Of a DNA stretch of 56,409 bases, positions 21,194-30,146 are shown piece after piece. The stretch's first letter is position 1. The number at the start of each line of letters is the position of its first letter. A model generated the notes under the pieces. That model did not search any database. It was not told the origin of the DNA and worked only from the letters and a program-made list of their open reading frames with translations. This stretch comes from a virus (lineage: Duplodnaviria > Caudoviricetes), in the IMG/VR virus record IMGVR_UViG_3300023105_000040, positions 1 through 56,409 of that record; one strand, 5' to 3'. The position numbers and the translations under genes were made by a program.

Positions 21194-22498
21194 TTGCTTC
21201 AGCAAATTACAAATACTGGCGAACAAGAGGTTGTTGGCACAACTACTTCATTCGAAAAAAGAAAAGAAATAAAAGAGGTAATGGACGGATATGCCAATGG
21301 TGATTCTCACATGTTTGGTAATATGTTTAGTCGCTTTAGTAGCCTGAACGTTGGGTCTTACTTACCTTATGATCATTTTATCAAATCTACTCCACTAAGT
21401 AAACCTCTTGGCACTTTAACAATATACGAAGATGATGACTACGAAAAAGAAGGATTAAACTTAGTTGGCATTACAGCCGCTATAAATAGATTTACTAGAC
21501 CGGGAGGCGGCACTATCAACATGGAAGTGTTCGAAGATTTTGGAGCGCCCATGTTTCAGAGCGCCCTTCCGGGACAAGCTCCCCAATTTAGCACTATGGC
21601 TGCTGTTTTTGGCTTTGTTGCGTTTACTCCCGGAACCTCCCCTCGTAATATTGGATGGAATCAATACGGTAGTGCTGTTGGTGCTTATAACTATTTTGGC
21701 ACAACTGCCCTACATTGCAGAGTTTTCGACGCTTGGCCTAGAGAAAACACTATATGGGACACAAGATACTTTGCAGCTCTACATTTTAATTCTAGTGGTT
21801 CAGAAGTAGACTTTCCAGTTCCGACTCTTAGCGATGGATCTTTTCCATCAGCAGGTTCTTTAGTAACACACGAAAGCGACTATAAAGCAACTTCTGACTG
21901 GACTAAAGACCCGATTAGAAGAGGAATGTTACTAACATCCGGTGGCTTTGCGTACAAAAAATTAACTATTGGACTTTCACCTTCTAGCATGAAAGTTATA
22001 CAGGGACCAATTTCTGCTGGCAATTATTTAGACAAACGAGCAAATATAGAAATGATTTTTGATTCTTCTGGAGGAGTGAGCTTTGGCTCTGACGAATTTG
22101 GAAATGCTCTATCCGGGGAAGACCTAAACCCCGGATCTTTTGGCGATAGGTACTACGATGACTCTGATCCAAACAACATAATAGACGAGACTGGCTATAT
22201 CGTAAAGCTAGACGGAGGCGGCGTTATTTCCTTCAAGGGCGAAGTAAGGTATATTACTAAGCTAGACGCAGGACCAAAAGAGCATGGTGGAATCAAACGG
22301 CTCACAAGTGGGACGGGAGACGAGGCCGGAAGAATTACAGGAAATAAAAGCACTGAATTTGGTTTAGACCCAAATGATTCTGGGCAATATGATGCATATT
22401 TCTTCTTTCATAATGATATTAGCCACACATTTCAATTTGCATATTCTGGAAGTCAATATCCCGGATATGCTCAGTACGTTACGTTAAATATTAGTTAA
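21194..22498 (+). CDS. Virion protein, C-terminal part
   Basis: 434-aa ORF whose first start is a TTG with no well-spaced RBS; its frame is open upstream to the TGA at 21131. Confidence 0.55.
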   Translation: MLQQITNTGEQEVVGTTTSFEKRKEIKEVMDGYANGDSHMFGNMFSRFSSLNVGSYLPYDHFIKSTPLSKPLGTLTIYEDDDYEKEGLNLVGITAAINRFTRPGGGTINMEVFEDFGAPMFQSALPGQAPQFSTMAAVFGFVAFTPGTSPRNIGWNQYGSAVGAYNYFGTTALHCRVFDAWPRENTIWDTRYFAALHFNSSGSEVDFPVPTLSDGSFPSAGSLVTHESDYKATSDWTKDPIRRGMLLTSGGFAYKKLTIGLSPSSMKVIQGPISAGNYLDKRANIEMIFDSSGGVSFGSDEFGNALSGEDLNPGSFGDRYYDDSDPNNIIDETGYIVKLDGGGVISFKGEVRYITKLDAGPKEHGGIKRLTSGTGDEAGRITGNKSTEFGLDPNDSGQYDAYFFFHNDISHTFQFAYSGSQYPGYAQYVTLNIS

Positions 22499-22511
22499 AA
22501 ACACAAAAAAA

Positions 22512-22524
22512 GTGTATCTATAAT
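22512..22524 (+). promoter_or_regulatory. Candidate promoter GTGTATCTATAAT upstream of the 22550 gene
   Basis: TATAAT at 22519-22524 in a short intergenic gap, followed by an AAGGAG RBS; no good -35 element. Confidence 0.35.
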
Positions 22525-22549
22525 TAGTTAAACATCCAAGGAGTTTCAA

Positions 22550-23293
22550 ATGCCTGCTTCACTTAAATTTTATGCCAATATTGGCGATCCAGACTCAGCC
22601 GAAGCTGAGATTGACCACCAGAACGGGGAAGGTTTAGGATTTTACGGTCTAGGCTTTGGCCTGTCTGTTCCCGTTGGATCTGTTCAAAATACTACTTTTG
22701 TCACCAACGCCGCTGGCACTATTGCTGGCGTTCAATGCAATAATACGTCCATGACCTCGGTAGGAGATGCCAATACCGCTGGCGTTGTGGAGGCTAATGG
22801 TGTTAGTATGCCTTTGCCAAATCTGCCCAATTATTTATGCCCTCTTAATATTAGATTTACAAACGACGATCCGGTTAGAGTTCAAAATTGTAAACTTCGT
22901 ATTTTTGACAGAGATAATCCTGAAAATGCCGCAAGTGGAGTAACTACATATGTCTATGAAGCTAGACATCCAGCTGCTGAAACGAGTTATTCTAATTTGC
23001 ATTTTCGCGCACGAAACAGAGATACTTGGGTTGAGTTTGGTCAAGGAATTAGCAGCATTGACGACCAAACTTTTAACGGTGCTTTAGAAATGACTTTTAC
23101 ACCCTCTCCCGGAATGCATGGAGAAAATTCTGATTCACTGGAGACAGATAGTGGACTTGGATATCAAACGACAGAAGGTGTAGAACATCTTTCCACCCAG
23201 CATGATTGGTATGTTGCCATGAGCGCTGAACCAACAAGTATTGGCAGTAAAACCCAGTACGGATTATTTTTTACTCTAGAGTATTTAGCATAA
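22550..23293 (+). CDS. Putative structural protein (beta-rich)
   Basis: 247-aa ORF with a strong RBS (AAGGAG) at the end of the structural operon. Confidence 0.5.
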   Translation: MPASLKFYANIGDPDSAEAEIDHQNGEGLGFYGLGFGLSVPVGSVQNTTFVTNAAGTIAGVQCNNTSMTSVGDANTAGVVEANGVSMPLPNLPNYLCPLNIRFTNDDPVRVQNCKLRIFDRDNPENAASGVTTYVYEARHPAAETSYSNLHFRARNRDTWVEFGQGISSIDDQTFNGALEMTFTPSPGMHGENSDSLETDSGLGYQTTEGVEHLSTQHDWYVAMSAEPTSIGSKTQYGLFFTLEYLA

Positions 23294-23318
23294 CAGTTTA
23301 CTAACAAGGAGATCTTTT

Positions 23319-23642
23319 ATGTCAGCCTCAAATTTAAGTTCAATTACAGATATTTTTGTAGGAGCAACCGACAATGGCACAAGTGTGTCAATTCCAATTT
23401 CAAGTTTAGAAAGTTATTCCACAGGCGACGATGGTAAAGAGCTTTGCATGAGCCTTCTTTTGGCTGTGAACAAAGCATTAGCTGGCTCAGATCTGACAAA
23501 AATGACTACATCTACTGGTCAGGTTGCGACGGACGCTGATACTTTAACTAAAACTTTTAGCTTTACAGCGCAGCTTTCTTATAGTTTTGGAAATTTGGAT
23601 ATTGAAGCAGAGCCAACCACCACAACCACCTCGTCTCCGTAG
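23319..23642 (+). CDS. Small putative virion protein with a Thr-rich tail
   Basis: 107-aa ORF, RBS AAGGAG, ends EPTTTTTSSP. Confidence 0.55.
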   Translation: MSASNLSSITDIFVGATDNGTSVSIPISSLESYSTGDDGKELCMSLLLAVNKALAGSDLTKMTTSTGQVATDADTLTKTFSFTAQLSYSFGNLDIEAEPTTTTTSSP

Positions 23643-23670
23643 TAGTAATCATAGAGTTTCTTGATTTAAT

Positions 23671-23714
23671 AAAAAAGGCTACCCCTTCCAATTGGTTGGG
23701 ATAGCCTTCTTTTT
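23671..23714. terminator. Bidirectional rho-independent terminator between convergent modules
   Basis: AAAAAAGGCTACCC...GGGATAGCCTTCTTTTT hairpin flanked by an A-tract and a T-tract, exactly where the + and - strand gene blocks meet. Confidence 0.75.
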
Positions 23715-23726
23715 AGATTTTTATCT

Positions 23727-24059
23727 TTACTCCATCTGCTTGGACTTAGGATTCCACTTCTGCCAACCATTGTCTGGCAGCCAAGTGTCGCCGTCTTTAC
23801 GCTTAGGAAATAAGCCGCCACCCTTCTTATGCGCACCAAAGGCTAGCTTTGCTCCGCAAGACTTACACTTAAGTTCGTAGTACTGATTGTCGTCAACGGT
23901 ACGTACAACATACTGAATGTCTTCGCCTTGACACTTGCCACAAACATCATTCTCAAAAACTTCCTGAAACTTATTAAGCTCATTGAATAAGTCTCTTTGT
24001 GACTCACCTTCGATTTCTACTTGTAGTCTATTATTTTTAGTTGTATAAGACAATCTCAT
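23727..24059 (-). CDS. Zinc-ribbon protein
   Basis: 110 aa with CGKC...CKSC; coupled to the annealase gene. Confidence 0.6.
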   Translation of the reverse strand: MRLSYTTKNNRLQVEIEGESQRDLFNELNKFQEVFENDVCGKCQGEDIQYVVRTVDDNQYYELKCKSCGAKLAFGAHKKGGGLFPKRKDGDTWLPDNGWQKWNPKSKQME

Positions 24060-24818
24060 TTATGATCTCCACTCTTCGTTATAGCCAATAACACCTGTTG
24101 GGATTGAACCCTTGTCACGTTGATATTCATTAAGACGATCAATGATATCACTTGCGACCTTCTTTGAAACCTTGCGGTTTTTGTCTACTTTAAACACCGT
24201 GAATAACGCCTCTCCGTCTACGTTTAGCTGCTTACATTTAATATCTATAAAATTATATTGCGCATCGCTCATTCTTCCTCCTTCGTCATAGTCTCCGCTA
24301 GTGCTAGCGGTCTGCTTCGAAATGTCACGAACGATCTTTGCTGTGTCTTTTTTGGTCAATTCTTCTGCTGCCACACCCTTGATTTTAAGGGCTTTGCGTA
24401 AAGCTCTAGCTTCTGCTCTGGTGCTAGCAATGGCAACGGCGTAGGCACAGAACATATCATCAGTATTGCCTTCCCAAGCGTCAGCAACCTCAGAATATTC
24501 AGAACCGTTGGCAAATCTCACAGTAAATACCACAGTTGCTCTGCCATGATGGTCATCTCTAGTCACTGGAAATACTTGTGTTGGACCACTGTACATAATT
24601 TGCCCCAGAACAAGCTCAGAGACCCTTCTAAGGCCCGTTACTAAAGGGTGGCCATTCATCAGCTCATCTTCATTAAAGAGGCTCATAGCGTAATCATGCC
24701 ACTCTGACGATAACATGTCTGGCGCATCGTTTAGAATAACATTTTTTACCGACGTATCTGTGTTTGACGGTGTACTCAATTCTTCAACTCCTTCAAATAA
24801 GTCTTGTTCAACAAACAT
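24060..24818 (-). CDS. Putative single-strand annealing protein (Rad52/Sak-like fold)
   Basis: Beta strands (RATVVFTVRF...YSEVADA) followed by helix AIASTRAEARALRKALKI; C-terminal MSDAQYNFI...ASDIIDRL motif typical of phage SSAPs. RBS GGAGG. Confidence 0.55.
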   Translation of the reverse strand: MFVEQDLFEGVEELSTPSNTDTSVKNVILNDAPDMLSSEWHDYAMSLFNEDELMNGHPLVTGLRRVSELVLGQIMYSGPTQVFPVTRDDHHGRATVVFTVRFANGSEYSEVADAWEGNTDDMFCAYAVAIASTRAEARALRKALKIKGVAAEELTKKDTAKIVRDISKQTASTSGDYDEGGRMSDAQYNFIDIKCKQLNVDGEALFTVFKVDKNRKVSKKVASDIIDRLNEYQRDKGSIPTGVIGYNEEWRS

Positions 24819-24830
24819 TTAATCCTCCAT

Positions 24831-25598
24831 TTATGCTTCAATTTCAATATATCTCTTGCTTTTTGGTGGGAATTTAGACTCGATATTGTCTAAAATATTA
24901 GCAATTTTGTTCTTCAGATCTTCTTTTTCCGTCAGGGACAAAGAGTCTGACATATGCTTGACTCTAATTATAACAAATCCTTTGCTCAAAATCAACCCTG
25001 TTTTGTTGCTGTCTGCCTTAATTTGCTTTTGTAGCTTTTCTTCTCCCCATATTGGCATGAAATGAGAAGGCCCATCTATCTCTATGATAGCCTTAATCTT
25101 TGGGAAAAACATATCGATCTCAAGATTTTGGTTGGGTACAAGATTCTTCTTGTGAATTTCCACAGTGTGGCCCAGTTTCGTGAATTCGTTTTTCAAAAAT
25201 TTTTCCAGCTTAGATCCTTCCTTGCCAGCATTCTGTATAGCCTTAATGGCTAACCTTCTCATGTTTTCCTTGTCTTCTTGTGGCATATTCTTCCATCTAT
25301 TTTTAGCCCTTTGCACATGAGAATTATATTTATCTTTTGTCATTTTGTTCCACTGATTTTTTTGTGACTTGCTTATTTTTAATCTTTCTTCTTTACTTCT
25401 CTTTCTTCCTTCTGTAGGTATTTTTGCCTTGCCTGTTTGCAGTGCGTTTCTCTGTGCTTCACTCTTACTTTTAAGATCTACTTTATTCTTGATCAGTATT
25501 CTTCTTATTTTATTTGGATAGGTATTCATAATGTCTGCTATTTCATATGTGCTTTTATTTTCTTTTTCATACAATTTTACTATTTGAGTTTCGTTCAT
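24831..25598 (-). CDS. Homing-endonuclease-like protein (HTH + NUMOD3-like + Vsr/DUF559-type nuclease)
   Basis: N-terminal STYEIADIMNTYPNKIRRIL, basic GRKRSKEERLKISKSQK repeat, and SKLEK...EIDMF...IIEIDGPSHF catalytic motif. Confidence 0.7.
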   Translation of the reverse strand: MNETQIVKLYEKENKSTYEIADIMNTYPNKIRRILIKNKVDLKSKSEAQRNALQTGKAKIPTEGRKRSKEERLKISKSQKNQWNKMTKDKYNSHVQRAKNRWKNMPQEDKENMRRLAIKAIQNAGKEGSKLEKFLKNEFTKLGHTVEIHKKNLVPNQNLEIDMFFPKIKAIIEIDGPSHFMPIWGEEKLQKQIKADSNKTGLILSKGFVIIRVKHMSDSLSLTEKEDLKNKIANILDNIESKFPPKSKRYIEIEA

Positions 25599-26032
25599 GT
25601 CAAACTCCTTACTAAATTCTCCACACCGTCAAACACTTTAATTTTTAGATTATCCCCAATAATTCTTTTTAGCGTTTCTTCTATTTCTCCACTCTGTGCT
25701 AATATCGTAAAGTCATCGTTGATACTCATAACAAAAACTGGATCTATGTGATCGTCTGTAGTTGGTACATAATAAGATTTTATTTCAGATGTTTTGTTTG
25801 CAACTCTCGCAATCATCTTAAGCGATGTGTTTAAAACAATTCCACAAAACCCCCACAGCTGTTCTACATTTAAAACGGATGTCTTAAAATCAAAAGACAC
25901 GGGACCGGATGGATCATAGAATATCACGGGGTTCATATTTGTTTTTTCCTGAAGATAATCACACACTTGTTTTGCTAGCAGCCGTTGTGATTCCGATTGC
26001 ATGTCTACACATATTCCAACATTTTTATTCAT
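25595..26032 (-). CDS. Hypothetical alpha/beta protein, possible GT-B half domain
   Basis: 145-aa coupled ORF with a Rossmann-like alternation, last gene of the glycosylation cluster. Confidence 0.4.
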   Translation of the reverse strand: MNKNVGICVDMQSESQRLLAKQVCDYLQEKTNMNPVIFYDPSGPVSFDFKTSVLNVEQLWGFCGIVLNTSLKMIARVANKTSEIKSYYVPTTDDHIDPVFVMSINDDFTILAQSGEIEETLKRIIGDNLKIKVFDGVENLVRSLT

Positions 26033-26033
26033 A

Positions 26034-26906
26034 TCATTTCTCCATACCTTCCAGAAAAATATGCGTTTCTTTTATTTGTGAAAAAATTTGCTTCAGTCTA
26101 TTGCTTGGCTTGTGTTTGTCTTCTATCTTCAAGCGTACTTTTTCTTGATTATATATCTTTTCTTTATTAAAATCAAACATTGTTTCTTCATCTAGCATTT
26201 TTGATAATGACGATTGCAGAACATTGGCTTCTTCTTTGCTGTCGTTATCAAAATAAACTTTTGAACGAGATAGCCTGATTGCATTAAAAAAAGTTTCTGG
26301 AATCAAATTAGGCTTAATGTTCCTGAAAATAATTTCGTTATAATTGTGCAAAATACCAGCCATAGAGAACGGGTTTAAGTTTGAATCTGCCCCAACGTTC
26401 TCTGTAGAACTTGAAAGGAAATGATAAGAACCGGAATATTCTTTCTTGTCTTCTTTTTTATTAATGACTATGGCTTTGTCTATCTTGAAATCCACGCTAG
26501 CGCTTTCAATTTTATCATTAGCACACTGTAAAACATGCTCATACGGTATTCCAAAATTTTCTTGCTTGTGCTTTATGTTTGAGCTGAATACCAACGGGCA
26601 ATTTATATCCTTTTGCTTTAGTATTTCTTTAATTATTGGCATATGCTTTGCTTCAACTAGGTCGATGTTTATTATGTGCTTAACTTTTTTTTCAGAATTT
26701 TGATTGTAGTGTATTACACTTCTCAAGTCAGTTCCAATATTCATAATTACAATATCAGGCAATGTTCGGTCATAAACATGGTACAAGTTTTCAGTCCCAC
26801 CATTTATCATTATACATTTACAATTTGGAATCTTATTAATTTCTTCGTGTAAATAAATTGGCTGAGAAGAATCTTTTGTGCTATAGTTAAATATTGCAAA
26901 GTTCAC
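26034..26906 (-). CDS. Degenerate glycosyltransferase-like protein (CgeB/GT-B-like)
   Basis: PDIVIMN in the N-domain; C-terminal IEDKHKPSNRLKQIF resembles the H-T-x-x-x-R tail of CgeB-type proteins. Confidence 0.4.
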   Translation of the reverse strand: MNFAIFNYSTKDSSQPIYLHEEINKIPNCKCIMINGGTENLYHVYDRTLPDIVIMNIGTDLRSVIHYNQNSEKKVKHIINIDLVEAKHMPIIKEILKQKDINCPLVFSSNIKHKQENFGIPYEHVLQCANDKIESASVDFKIDKAIVINKKEDKKEYSGSYHFLSSSTENVGADSNLNPFSMAGILHNYNEIIFRNIKPNLIPETFFNAIRLSRSKVYFDNDSKEEANVLQSSLSKMLDEETMFDFNKEKIYNQEKVRLKIEDKHKPSNRLKQIFSQIKETHIFLEGMEK

Positions 26907-27631
26907 TTTTGCACCTCTTCCTGTATGGCGTTGCTCAATTTAATTATTGATTCACAGCCTTGGTAGGGTAATATTTTTATTCCTTTTTTAATCATATGAT
27001 TGATAACCTCATAGAATATTTTATTGTTAAAATTGCCAGAATTTATTATCTTATTGAAATCATTAATGCTGGATTCTTCTATGCTTAAAACTTCACACCA
27101 TCCGTCTCCAAAGCTTCCAAATGACAGGTGTTCTATAGTTTGTGTTTCTTGATTTAAATTTACTTTTATGTCTAAGGTTCTATCGTTAGATATAACTATG
27201 TGCTTTCTTTCTCTTAATAGCCCCTCAAGATCTTTTGGCCCCACTATATAATTGCCGTTTACTATTAGCGCGCGCCTATTGTTTGTATTATTTATGGCCA
27301 ATCTAATTGATTCACATATTCCAGAATTTTCGTAATTAATGTTTTCAACGCATCTGATGTCAACATTTTTATACTTACTGTATACATACTTTCTAATTCT
27401 TTTGGAGTCATATCCCGACACAATAATTATTTCAAAATCTTCTATCACTTTCTTTATCGACTGTATTTGGTAATCTATAACTCTCTGGTTGTTTTTTCCT
27501 ATTGGAATAAAAGCCGCGTTCCCAAACGACTTCATCTTTGGTATAAAAGAATGATAGACCAATATTACGGTTATTTTTCCCTTTGGTCTTTTTTTCTTTT
27601 TACTTTTTGATGTAATATATTGTATGCTCAT
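26903..27631 (-). CDS. NTP-transferase-like protein (LicC/sugar-phosphate nucleotidyltransferase fold) with degenerate active-site loop
   Basis: RVIDYQIQSI...IIIVSGY...ENINYENSGICESIRLA...LIVNGN. The AAGxGxRM...PK loop is replaced by YHSFIPKMKSFGNAAF. Confidence 0.65.
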   Translation of the reverse strand: MSIQYITSKSKKKKRPKGKITVILVYHSFIPKMKSFGNAAFIPIGKNNQRVIDYQIQSIKKVIEDFEIIIVSGYDSKRIRKYVYSKYKNVDIRCVENINYENSGICESIRLAINNTNNRRALIVNGNYIVGPKDLEGLLRERKHIVISNDRTLDIKVNLNQETQTIEHLSFGSFGDGWCEVLSIEESSINDFNKIINSGNFNNKIFYEVINHMIKKGIKILPYQGCESIIKLSNAIQEEVQK

Positions 27632-28047
27632 TGTTTCGTAAACTTAATATTGTACTTACTCTCAGAAGATGAAAACTCTAATGTGCTGCAAATTAAATTC
27701 ATTTCTGTCATAACTTTTTTAACTAAAATAGCTGGATGAACATTGATCTTGTTTTTTATTGCCCTGTTAAAATAATCTGTATCTCTATTCCTTATTGTAT
27801 TTTTACAAAGAAGGTCAATGTCGATATCTTGTATGAAACATTCTCCACCAAGCCTGAGCTTTTTAGCACAAAAGCCCAAACACTTCATGAAATCATCATT
27901 ATCTGCATAGGAAAGAGCGTCTTCAACAATTATCTGCATAACAGAATCATTTGGAAGTAGATCTTCAGATATTTCTTTCATCTCTATAGTTTGTATGTTT
28001 TCTATTATACTACTACTGTTTTCTTTGCTATATATCTGCAATTTCAT
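27628..28047 (-). CDS. Truncated SAM-methyltransferase-like protein
   Basis: LPNDSVMQIIVEDALSY...CAKKLRLGGECFIQDID matches the C-terminal half of class I MTases; no Gly-rich motif I. Start moved to the ATG at 28047 (GGAG RBS). Confidence 0.5.
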   Translation of the reverse strand: MKLQIYSKENSSSIIENIQTIEMKEISEDLLPNDSVMQIIVEDALSYADNDDFMKCLGFCAKKLRLGGECFIQDIDIDLLCKNTIRNRDTDYFNRAIKNKINVHPAILVKKVMTEMNLICSTLEFSSSESKYNIKFTKQ

Positions 28048-28048
28048 T

Positions 28049-29035
28049 TTATAAACTCCGTGTTGCTTCAAAGGTCTTGTTCCAGTTTTCTAAGAAGACA
28101 TCTTCTCTAAAATCAGCTAATATTTTCTTTCTTGCGTTGTCGCCCATTTTTCTCGCCAATTCTGGATTGTCTAAAAGTTGCTGAGTATATTTTTTTAACT
28201 CTTTTTCATCATTAGAGATAAAACCTTCTACACCATGAGTAACAACTTCTGGTATCATGCACGTTGCTTTTGATACTACTGCGCACCCACAGGACATTGC
28301 TTCTAATACTGATTTTGGTATGGGGCTAAAAGTTGAAGAGTTTAAAAACACAGAGTGAGAATTATAAATACTAACCAACTGCTCAACCGACTCTGTTGGT
28401 TCTGATAAGCCCGGATTATCTCCAACCAATGTGAAATCTAAGCCTTCTACTATGCTCTTCCACCCCGTGAAATTCAAGCAGTAATCCCTATTTATAAAGT
28501 CGTTAGCAACTGTTAATACTTTATTTTCTCTGCTTTGTTTTTTATTGTCAAACACCATTGTATCGACAGAGTGTTTAATTACCGTTGAGTTATATACAAT
28601 TCCCCATTCAGATCTGGAATATTCCGAAATAAAAACATTAATATCTCCAACCATTGCTCTCATAGCATTTATTTGCCCATTTGCCACAAGGTTGGGCGTG
28701 GGCGTTGTGTGTTCTAGAGAAATAAGTGGTATCTTTAAAATATCTCTCAGCTTATAAGCAATGCTAAATTGATCAAATCTACTCTGGGCCAATATTAAAT
28801 CAAAGCTTAAGTATGATAATAGCTTGTCCTCTGGCATTATCAGGTAGTTTTCTGGTATGCTTGCGTATTCTTTTTTCCATTTCTTTCCCCCTCTAGCGTT
28901 TACTGCATAAAAATTATGCCCAGTCTTACAAAGCTGGGTTTCGTACCTTTCGTGTGTGGGAAAAGTAAGTATATTTAGCTTTCTATTATTGTTTGTATTG
29001 TTGGCTTTTTCTATAACTTCCTTTACTTTATTCAT
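28049..29035 (-). CDS. Glycosyltransferase, GT4 (GT-B)
   Basis: VFLNSSTFSPIPKSVLEAMSCGCAVVS...EVVTHGVEGFI...MGDNARKKI. Confidence 0.9.
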   Translation of the reverse strand: MNKVKEVIEKANNTNNNRKLNILTFPTHERYETQLCKTGHNFYAVNARGGKKWKKEYASIPENYLIMPEDKLLSYLSFDLILAQSRFDQFSIAYKLRDILKIPLISLEHTTPTPNLVANGQINAMRAMVGDINVFISEYSRSEWGIVYNSTVIKHSVDTMVFDNKKQSRENKVLTVANDFINRDYCLNFTGWKSIVEGLDFTLVGDNPGLSEPTESVEQLVSIYNSHSVFLNSSTFSPIPKSVLEAMSCGCAVVSKATCMIPEVVTHGVEGFISNDEKELKKYTQQLLDNPELARKMGDNARKKILADFREDVFLENWNKTFEATRSL

Positions 29036-30146
29036 TAATAATTTCCTTTATCTTTTCGCCAACCGTTTGTAAATTAAAATTTAAAGCCTGCTTATATCCA
29101 TCTTTGTTTTTTGGTTTATTTTGTTTAAAGTAAAATCGCATAGCTTCTACTGCCATTCTTTCGTCTGGTCTTGCCCAATATTCGTTTCCTGTGAATATGT
29201 GTTCAAACGCAGCGCCCTCGTTAGAGCAAATTTCTTGGGATCTTTCTATTAAATATCCCGTATCTTTATTGTCTTCTAAAATATAATCACATGGCCCTCC
29301 CCATTTTGTGCATATGGGGTGGTTTCCATAACTCATCGCGTCGAACGAAGGTATCGACCAAGCCTCTCCGTGAGAAAGATTTACAAAACAATCGCAAAGT
29401 TGATGTAGATTTTTTATCTCATTTTCAGAAAATCGTTCTGCAATGATTATTATATCTCCATAACTATCGTGATCCTTATAAATCGCTAAATCTTCTCTTA
29501 TTTTTTTGCACATTTTTTCCATGTGCTGAAATATCTGCCTTGAATCAAACCCGAATTTACCAACCTTTAATATTAAACTTACATTTTCCTCTGGGCCAAA
29601 TGCGCTGTAATAACATTTGATTAGTGATTCTATATTTTTTCTTTTAGTTAAATCAGATATTGCATAAAACTTATAAGAAGAAGTTGCGTTATATCTGTCA
29701 AAATTTACTTCCATTTTGTTTTCTTGCTTAATAGCTTCTGTATCGCAAGGTATTGGTACAACTTTAACGTTTTTGATTCCAGCGTTTATTAAATCTGTTT
29801 TGTTTTCACTGCACGGAACCCACACTTCGTCCATTATCTCAAGATAGTTAATCCAAATATTATCTTGTATGTTGTTAGATTCAAACATAGTATAAGCTAT
29901 GTTTTTCTTAAATCTATTTGTTCCAACAAGCATGTGCGGCAAAACGTGTTGGATACAAATGTCGATATCCTGCTCTTCCTTTTGCTCTAGTTCCGATAGC
30001 CATTCTGGAATTGGGTTATCTCTGGTAAGAGTAATGTTTCTACACACAACATCTATTCCGGCTTTAGTCATCGAAAGAATAATTCTTTCTGCTGACTTAG
30101 CCCATCCAGTTCCTTCCTTGTAGTGGCCTATGTATAATACTTTCAT
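29028..30146 (-). CDS. Glycosyltransferase, GT4 (GT-B)
   Basis: RKNIESLI...DCFVNLSHGEAWSIPSFDAMSYGNHPICTKWGGPCDY. Confidence 0.9.
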   Translation of the reverse strand: MKVLYIGHYKEGTGWAKSAERIILSMTKAGIDVVCRNITLTRDNPIPEWLSELEQKEEQDIDICIQHVLPHMLVGTNRFKKNIAYTMFESNNIQDNIWINYLEIMDEVWVPCSENKTDLINAGIKNVKVVPIPCDTEAIKQENKMEVNFDRYNATSSYKFYAISDLTKRKNIESLIKCYYSAFGPEENVSLILKVGKFGFDSRQIFQHMEKMCKKIREDLAIYKDHDSYGDIIIIAERFSENEIKNLHQLCDCFVNLSHGEAWSIPSFDAMSYGNHPICTKWGGPCDYILEDNKDTGYLIERSQEICSNEGAAFEHIFTGNEYWARPDERMAVEAMRFYFKQNKPKNKDGYKQALNFNLQTVGEKIKEIINE

